Of a DNA stretch of 50,742 nucleotides, positions 44,969-50,742 are shown one piece after another. This DNA is from a bacterium (GTDB lineage Bacteria; JAHJDO01). The notes below the pieces were generated by a model. That model did no database searches. It had not been told where the DNA came from and saw only the letters and a program-made list of their open reading frames with translations. The stretch is from the NCBI GenBank assembly GCA_030611945.1, contig JAUWOV010000001.1, positions 1 to 50,742 of the forward strand, in the 5' to 3' direction. Each line of letters starts with the position of its first letter. Positions within the stretch are counted from its first letter, which is position 1. A program made the position numbers and the translations under genes.

Positions 44969-44997
44969 TTGATATTCCAGACATGCTGTAGTAAAAT
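44969..44997 (+). promoter_or_regulatory. candidate sigma70-like promoter of the toxin-antitoxin pair
   Basis: TTGATA (44969-44974), a 17-nt spacer, then TAAAAT (44992-44997). A GGAGGG RBS precedes the ATG at 45037. Confidence 0.4.
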
Positions 44998-45036
44998 CAG
45001 AATGTAAGAGAGTTTGAATATAGGAGGGTTGGAATT

Positions 45037-45294
45037 ATGATGAATCTTGTTAAGATAAAGGATAAGTATCAGGTTACTATTCCTGAAGATATAAGAAAAA
45101 AAACACATTGCGAAGTAGGGGAATTGTTGAATATAAGTTTGCATGGAGATGAAATAGTATTGAAACCAATGACTGTTGAGGAGAAGTATTCAGAGAACGA
45201 AATTAACGCACTTGAGAAGATTTTTAAGAGTCCGCATAATCGCGGCAGAATAATGAATGCTAGTGAATTTAAGAGACATCAGGAGAAACTATAA
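45037..45294 (+). CDS. AbrB/SpoVT (MazE-like) family antitoxin
   Basis: The N-terminal swapped-hairpin pattern VKIKDKYQVTIPEDIRKKTHCEVGELLNISLHGDEIVLKP is typical of SpoVT-AbrB domain antitoxins. Confidence 0.7.
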   Translation: MMNLVKIKDKYQVTIPEDIRKKTHCEVGELLNISLHGDEIVLKPMTVEEKYSENEINALEKIFKSPHNRGRIMNASEFKRHQEKL

Positions 45295-45573
45295 TTGAGA
45301 TTTGAGTCTCTTGCTTCATACGAGCGTAGTCTTAAAAAATTAGATGCTGAAATAAAGAATAAAGTAAAGACAGCAGTTAATAAGTGTGTGGATTTCTTTG
45401 AAGGTGGGCATAGACCGAAAGGACTGGGACTAAGAAGACTTTCAAAACATATTTGGGAAATACGGGTTGATTTGAAAATAAGAGTTGTTTTTCGGCTTGA
45501 GAGAGACTTGGTTCAGTTGGGTCTTGTCGGAAGTCATGATGATATTAAAAGATTTTTAAAGCATTTTGATTGA
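45295..45573 (+). CDS. RelE/ParE-superfamily toxin-like protein
   Basis: It is 92 aa and starts (TTG) immediately after the antitoxin stop. The pattern IWEIRVDLKIRVVFRLERDLVQLGLVGSHDD resembles RelE/ParE-fold toxins. Confidence 0.55.
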   Translation: MRFESLASYERSLKKLDAEIKNKVKTAVNKCVDFFEGGHRPKGLGLRRLSKHIWEIRVDLKIRVVFRLERDLVQLGLVGSHDDIKRFLKHFD

Positions 45574-45636
45574 CTTTTGGTAATGGGATGATAAACTTAG
45601 ACTAACGTTGTTTTAAAAACCGTAAGGAGGTGTAGC

Positions 45637-45780
45637 ATGGCAGAAGGTTATTGTGTGAAGTGCAAGGCTAAGAAAGAAATGAAAGATGCCAAGGAAGTTA
45701 CAATGAAGAATGGCAGAAAAGCAATGAAAGGCGTTTGTCCAAGCTGCGGTACTGGTATGTATCGGATAATGGGCAAGTAA
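45637..45780 (+). CDS. small zinc-ribbon protein (DUF5679-like), 47 aa, not in ORF track
   Basis: Hand translation gives MAEGYCVKCKAKKEMKDAKEVTMKNGRKAMKGVCPSCGTGMYRIMGK*. It has CxxC...CxxC, a strong AAGGAGG RBS 7 nt upstream, and a terminator downstream. Confidence 0.65.
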   Translation: MAEGYCVKCKAKKEMKDAKEVTMKNGRKAMKGVCPSCGTGMYRIMGK

Positions 45781-45804
45781 TAATTACCTGTCTTTTGTTT
45801 TGTG

Positions 45805-45852
45805 TGCCGCAGATAAAATTTTATCGAGTTTTATCTGCGGCATCTTTATTTT
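45805..45852 (+). terminator. rho-independent terminator
   Basis: A 14-bp stem TGCCGCAGATAAAA (45805-45818) / TTTTATCTGCGGCA (45829-45842) is followed by TCTTTATTTT. Confidence 0.8.
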
Positions 45853-45875
45853 GGAGAAGATATAATTAAATACAG

Positions 45876-46607
45876 ATGACTAATTTACGCTATCCTCTTT
45901 TATTTATTCCCGGTTGGGGAACTACTAAAACTATTTGGAATTATCAACTTAAATATTTCAGGCAGAGTTATAGAACTCTTGCTATATCTCTTGAAGCAGG
46001 CTGTATGAAAGCGCATACAGAACACTTGCTTGAAATTATAAAAAAATCAAAATTAAGCAGCATCAATCTGGTTGGATGGTCAATGGGCGGCATGATTGCT
46101 ATTAATTTTGCATTTCAATACCCTGAATACGTGAAGAAACTTGTTCTTGTTAGCGCTCCTGCAAAATTTGTTGCTTCAAAGGATTATGATGCGGGTATAT
46201 CTCACGCTGTAATGCAAAGCTTTATCAACAAGTTCAGGAAATCACCTGTGAGAATGTTAAGCAATTTTGTAAGTCTTGTTTTGAAGAATGCGGATTTTAA
46301 AAAAGAAGATTTGAATTTAATAAAGCAATCGTCAAGAATGTCTGATAAAAATACAACTCTTCAGAATCTGTTGTTGCTCAGAGATTGTGATCTGAGAGAT
46401 AAATTAAACTCTATAAAAGTTCCCACTCTCATAATTCACGGGAAAATGGATATGGTATGTCCTTATGCTTGCGCAGATTATTTGCACAGTAAAATAAAAA
46501 ATTCTGTTCTTCATACGTTTGAGCGCGCAGGACATGTTCCATTTATAACGAAACATGAGGAATTTAATAATTTATTAGATGGATTTCTGAGAGATTATGA
46601 ATTTTAA
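45876..46607 (+). CDS. bioH: alpha/beta hydrolase, BioH-like pimeloyl-ACP methyl ester esterase (by context)
   Basis: It has the nucleophile elbow GWSMGG and a C-terminal GHVPF. It lies immediately upstream of bioC and bioD. Confidence 0.6.
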   Translation: MTNLRYPLLFIPGWGTTKTIWNYQLKYFRQSYRTLAISLEAGCMKAHTEHLLEIIKKSKLSSINLVGWSMGGMIAINFAFQYPEYVKKLVLVSAPAKFVASKDYDAGISHAVMQSFINKFRKSPVRMLSNFVSLVLKNADFKKEDLNLIKQSSRMSDKNTTLQNLLLLRDCDLRDKLNSIKVPTLIIHGKMDMVCPYACADYLHSKIKNSVLHTFERAGHVPFITKHEEFNNLLDGFLRDYEF

Positions 46608-47388
46608 ACATAGAACCAAGTCCTCATTTTCAAAAAGCGCTCTGACATATGATAATATTGCCGGACTGCAGTTTAAGATCGCAGATATACTGGTCTCAAT
46701 GCTGGATAAGTCTAAATGCGCCTTGAAGATACTGGACGTAGGAACAGGAACCGGTTATCTTATTGATAAGCTTGAGCGTATATTCCCAAACGCAAAAATA
46801 TATGCTGCTGATATCGCCTTTGGAATGGTCAAAATATCCTCGGCAAAAAAATGTATTAACAGAACTAATTTCATACAGGCAGACGCTGAATTTTTACCGT
46901 ATAAGAATGATATGTTTGACATACTAATTTCAAATTCTGCATATCAGTGGATGGAAAACTATTCCAGAGGGATAAATGAATTGTATAGAGTTATAAAACC
47001 GGAAGGAAAATTCATTTTTTCAATGTTTGGAGGAGAGACGCTATGCGAACTTGGTAGTTCCTTTATAGAGGCGCATAATACTTTGGGCACACAGCCTAAC
47101 TCTCATTGTATTGATTTTATTGATGAGAAGAAACTTATCAGTCTTCTTAGTAAATTTAAAGGAGTTGATGTGCGGAAAATCACAGAAAGAATATATTATG
47201 ATAATGTTGAGAGTTTATTGACCTATCTTAAGTCTTTAGGGTCCCACAATCACCTATACGGCTCAGGGGATGGATTGGGCAATAGAAGACTAATGAACAA
47301 AATGAAAGAAGTGTATGCAAAAAAATATTTCGAGAACAATAAGATTTTTGCAACCTATGATATATTGATTGCACAAGGGCAAAAATGA
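46597..47388 (+). CDS. bioC: malonyl-ACP O-methyltransferase BioC-like SAM methyltransferase
   Basis: It has SAM motif I ILDVGTGTG, a FLPYKNDMFDILISNSAYQW block, and the bio context. Confidence 0.7.
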   Translation: MNFKHRTKSSFSKSALTYDNIAGLQFKIADILVSMLDKSKCALKILDVGTGTGYLIDKLERIFPNAKIYAADIAFGMVKISSAKKCINRTNFIQADAEFLPYKNDMFDILISNSAYQWMENYSRGINELYRVIKPEGKFIFSMFGGETLCELGSSFIEAHNTLGTQPNSHCIDFIDEKKLISLLSKFKGVDVRKITERIYYDNVESLLTYLKSLGSHNHLYGSGDGLGNRRLMNKMKEVYAKKYFENNKIFATYDILIAQGQK

Positions 47389-48083
47389 GAAAAGGCGTTT
47401 TTATTATAGGGACTGATACTGGGGTTGGCAAAACCATTATAGCTGGAGGATTGGCTCGTCTGTTTCACAACATGGGGATAAATGTAGGTGTTATGAAACC
47501 TGTTGAGACAGGAGGAAAATATAAAAAAGGCAAACTTGTTGGCAAGGATACTGAATATCTGATCAGAATGAGTAAAATTCAAGACACTTACAGCCATATC
47601 AATCCTTATATATTACAGCATCCTTTAGCCCCGTATGTTGCTGCAAAGCTTGAAGGAAAGAAAATATACAAGAAAAAAATACTTACCTCTTTTAGAAACT
47701 TTACGGATAAATACGATTTCTTAATCGTTGAAGGATGCGGTGGATTTCTTGTGCCGATAACATCCAATTATATGATTTCTGATCTTGCTGGAGATATGAA
47801 ACTTCCTATTATAGTTGTTGCAAGAGCAGAGCTGGGAACTATTAACCATACTCTTTTGACTCTGGATCATGCGCAAAGATCAGGACTTAAAGTACTAGGC
47901 ATTATTATAAACAAAACCAGTAGAGAAATTCACATGGCTGAGGAAACTAATCCACAGATTATAAAAACCTTCGGGAAGGTGCCCATACTTGGTGTAATCC
48001 CATATATTCCAGGACGTAAAAACATGGATTATGTCGTCAACAAATATGTAGACATTAAAAAGATTTTATACAATAATATATAG
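47385..48083 (+). CDS. bioD: dethiobiotin synthase
   Basis: It has the P-loop GTDTGVGKT, KPVETG and VEGCGG. An ATGA overlap links it to bioC. Confidence 0.85.
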   Translation: MRKGVFIIGTDTGVGKTIIAGGLARLFHNMGINVGVMKPVETGGKYKKGKLVGKDTEYLIRMSKIQDTYSHINPYILQHPLAPYVAAKLEGKKIYKKKILTSFRNFTDKYDFLIVEGCGGFLVPITSNYMISDLAGDMKLPIIVVARAELGTINHTLLTLDHAQRSGLKVLGIIINKTSREIHMAEETNPQIIKTFGKVPILGVIPYIPGRKNMDYVVNKYVDIKKILYNNI

Positions 48084-48112
48084 GGGTTGGAAACCCTTAT
48101 GAGGAGAGAATA

Positions 48113-48871
48113 ATGAGAATCATTGCAATTGCAAAAAATACCTTCAAAGAAGCATTGAGAGGAAAGATGTTTAACATTATGCTGATTTTTGCTCTGGGCG
48201 CTATTGGAAGCACAAAGATGTTTACATTTTTTACTCCGCGCGAAGAGATGAAGATGATCAAAGACATGGGGTTTCTTTTTATAACAATTTTTGGACTGCT
48301 AATAGCGATTATTCTTGGAGCAAGATTAATTTATGAAGAACTGGAGAAAAAGACAATATATACTGTGCTTTCTAAGCCGGTTCGCAGATATGAGCTTATT
48401 TTAGGAAAACTAGTTGGCGCAATGTTTACCCTGTTTATTAATCTCTGCTTTATGACTGGTGTGTTTTTAAGTGTGCTTTATCTAAAGGAGCGCGCTCTGA
48501 ATTTTGAAATATTCAAAGCCATGTTTCTAATTTTTATTAGTTTATCGCTGCTTAGTTCTGCTGCTATTATGTTTTCAACATTTTCTACTATGTGGATAAG
48601 CATAACTTTGACATTATTTCTCTATATTGTAGGAAATATATTTGAGTATCTTAAACATCTGGCGCAAAAAGGCGGCATAGTATTGAAATTCGTTCTTGAA
48701 GGAGCATATTACCTTTTCCCTAATTTTACTAATTTCAACATAAATCGCGATGTTGTTCATGGCACGGCAGTATCAGGCATACATATACTTAAGGTTACGC
48801 TTTATGGGTTAAACTATATAATAATATTTACACTTCTTGCCATATTATTTTTTAGAAAGCGGGAAGTATGA
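48113..48871 (+). CDS. ABC-2 type transporter permease-like integral membrane protein
   Basis: It has six predicted TM helices and the N-terminal IAKNTFKEALRGKMF pattern typical of ABC-2/NosY-like permeases. No ATPase gene is adjacent. Confidence 0.5.
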   Translation: MRIIAIAKNTFKEALRGKMFNIMLIFALGAIGSTKMFTFFTPREEMKMIKDMGFLFITIFGLLIAIILGARLIYEELEKKTIYTVLSKPVRRYELILGKLVGAMFTLFINLCFMTGVFLSVLYLKERALNFEIFKAMFLIFISLSLLSSAAIMFSTFSTMWISITLTLFLYIVGNIFEYLKHLAQKGGIVLKFVLEGAYYLFPNFTNFNINRDVVHGTAVSGIHILKVTLYGLNYIIIFTLLAILFFRKREV

Positions 48872-49614
48872 GATTTAGACCTCAAAAAATACATTTCATA
48901 TTTCTTATTGTTATTCTGATATTGCTGATTATAGTCGTGCCTTTACAGCGCAGTATAGACAGGGATTTGGATAAATTACATCCGGAGAGAAAATTGGTTA
49001 CTGCTCCGGCAGGGGAATTCCTGGGGCAATTTCTCTTTGGTTTCAAGGATATTGTTGTAGATTTAATGTGGCTTAGAATAGATTACTACTGGGATCACCA
49101 GCAGCAGGAGAAGATGTTCCCGCTTTACAGAATGATCACCAAGCTTGATCCGCGCTTTCTTGACGCATGGATTTTATGGGCATGGAATATCGGATATAAC
49201 CTTAGCGCAGCTGTAAAGGATCCTGAAATAAAAGAAAAATGTTATTGGGCAGACGTTAATATACTAAAAGAAGGCATAGAGTTTAATCAAGACAAGTATG
49301 ACCTGTTCTTTGAGTGCGGATGGGTTTATTACCATAAGTTGAAATTGTTTACAGAAGCCGCTAAATACTTTGCATTGGCTGGACAAGCTGGACAGGCTAA
49401 GGATCGTCCAATGTATATTCCTCACATTCTTGCGCACAGCTATGCCAAGCAGCATAACTGGCAGAAGTCTTTAGAAATATGGGAATCTGTTAAGAGAAAA
49501 AACAATGAGTCTGCGTCGCAATCTGAAGTTGCACGAAGGCACATAAAGAAAATGAAAAAACATATCGAAATGGAACAAAGGGGCGAAACAGTTAAGGATG
49601 AGATGTACCCATGA
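48868..49614 (+). CDS. hypothetical membrane-anchored helical-repeat (TPR-like) protein
   Basis: It has an N-terminal TM helix and then a W/Y-rich helical region. An ATGA overlap links it to the permease gene. Confidence 0.45.
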   Translation: MRFRPQKIHFIFLIVILILLIIVVPLQRSIDRDLDKLHPERKLVTAPAGEFLGQFLFGFKDIVVDLMWLRIDYYWDHQQQEKMFPLYRMITKLDPRFLDAWILWAWNIGYNLSAAVKDPEIKEKCYWADVNILKEGIEFNQDKYDLFFECGWVYYHKLKLFTEAAKYFALAGQAGQAKDRPMYIPHILAHSYAKQHNWQKSLEIWESVKRKNNESASQSEVARRHIKKMKKHIEMEQRGETVKDEMYP

Positions 49615-49622
49615 AAACAAGA

Positions 49623-49763
49623 AAAATCCTAAATCCGAATATCGAAACTCGAAACAAATGCTAAGTTCAAATTTTCAAAATTCTAAACATTGTTTTGAGC
49701 ATTTGTATTTTGGTCATTTGATATTGTTTCGTATTTCGGATTTCGTGCTTCGAATTTTGGATT
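49623..49763. repeat. imperfect-palindromic repeat element, copy B (inverted relative to copy A)
   Basis: The reverse complement of 49672-49728 matches the 43913-43969 core. The outer arms AAATCCGAATATCGAAA / TTTCGTATTTCGGATTT are self-complementary. The ORF-track ORF 49598-49789 is just a read-through of this element. Confidence 0.8.
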
Positions 49764-49772
49764 ATAGGAAAT

Positions 49773-50090
49773 ATGAAGAAATTAGATAAAGTAGATATTT
49801 CCATTATTATAGTTGTGGTTTTTTTATTGGGTGTAATGGCAGTGCCCAGTTATATTAAGGATCAGGTAGCTTATAGAAAGGAAACGTGTTTGACCAATAT
49901 GAGGAAAATCGCATGGGCAAAGCAAAAATGGGCAGCCAGCAACAAGAGAGAGAATGGAGCTGATTGCACTATGGATGATTTAGTTCCTGAATATCTTCCT
50001 GAAGAATTACAGTGTCCATCCGGTACTAAACCGTATATCATTAATCCTATAGGCAAGAATCCTGTTTGCCCGAATCATACTTTGCCTTGA
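49773..50090 (+). CDS. small membrane-anchored Cys-containing protein, pilin-like topology without a prepilin cleavage motif
   Basis: It has an N-terminal hydrophobic helix followed by ETCLTNMRKIAWAKQKWA, which resembles the post-helix region of pseudopilins. It lacks the G/FTLIE processing motif. Confidence 0.4.
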   Translation: MKKLDKVDISIIIVVVFLLGVMAVPSYIKDQVAYRKETCLTNMRKIAWAKQKWAASNKRENGADCTMDDLVPEYLPEELQCPSGTKPYIINPIGKNPVCPNHTLP

Positions 50091-50126
50091 CCTAGTCTGT
50101 CTTGTATGATATTTTTAGACTATTAG

Positions 50127-50742
<616 letters not shown>

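Noticed and set aside
49598-49789. A 63-aa ORF (…LILFRISDFVLRILDY…) between 48868-49614 and 49773-50090.
   Set aside because: It is a read-through translation of palindromic repeat copy B. The reverse-complement copy at rpsA shows the conservation is at the nucleotide level, not the protein level.

Overview
AT-rich bacterial chromosomal segment with Gram-negative-type housekeeping content (Tol system, MreB, prepilin peptidase, S1, aroA-cmk-plsC, purN, tyrA, bio genes). It looks like an uncultivated low-GC lineage, but taxonomy cannot be confirmed from sequence alone. No rRNA, tRNA, CRISPR array, integrase or transposase was seen. Housekeeping blocks lie at 1-8.0 kb (redox/repair genes, an EF-G paralogue, yebC-ruvC, tolQ-tolR-tolA-like-tolB) and 33-50.7 kb. 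Between them is a ~24 kb accessory region bracketed by two inverted AAA+/DUF4143 ATPase genes. Its core is a ~21 kb, 17-gene minus-strand array (10535-31852) assembled from compositionally different modules: (i) sugar-oxidation-type enzymes (Zn-ADH, mutarotase-like protein, SMP-30 lactonase, SDR); (ii) a more GC-rich five-gene module of duplicated uncharacterised hydrolase-like genes (two PHP/DUF3604-like metallohydrolases, two TIM-barrel-like paralogues, one helical-repeat protein), which is my best candidate for an undescribed system; (iii) an E3-less 2-oxoacid/acetoin dehydrogenase-type E1alpha/E1beta/E2 set, a succinyl-CoA-synthetase-like pair, a CoA-acylating aldehyde dehydrogenase and a translationally coupled GntR regulator; (iv) a GC-rich tartrate/D-malate dehydrogenase. 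A 25-codon relic of a third DUF3604-like gene sits exactly at the junction of modules ii and iii. Other observations: tolB is broken by a +1 frameshift in a C5 run and carries an 8-nt x3 tandem repeat in its 5' end; no pal gene follows it. A ~140-nt imperfect-palindromic repeat occurs twice, and one copy supplies the C-terminal tail and stop codon of rpsA. A GGCACAnA 8-mer repeat family recurs. There are possible ruvA and hemerythrin gene relics. A translationally coupled three-gene insert (two small membrane proteins plus a BNR lipoprotein) lies inside the tyrA-aroA-cmk-plsC-rpsA operon. An AbrB/RelE-type toxin-antitoxin pair is present. All family assignments are by-eye motif recognition and need HMM or structure confirmation.
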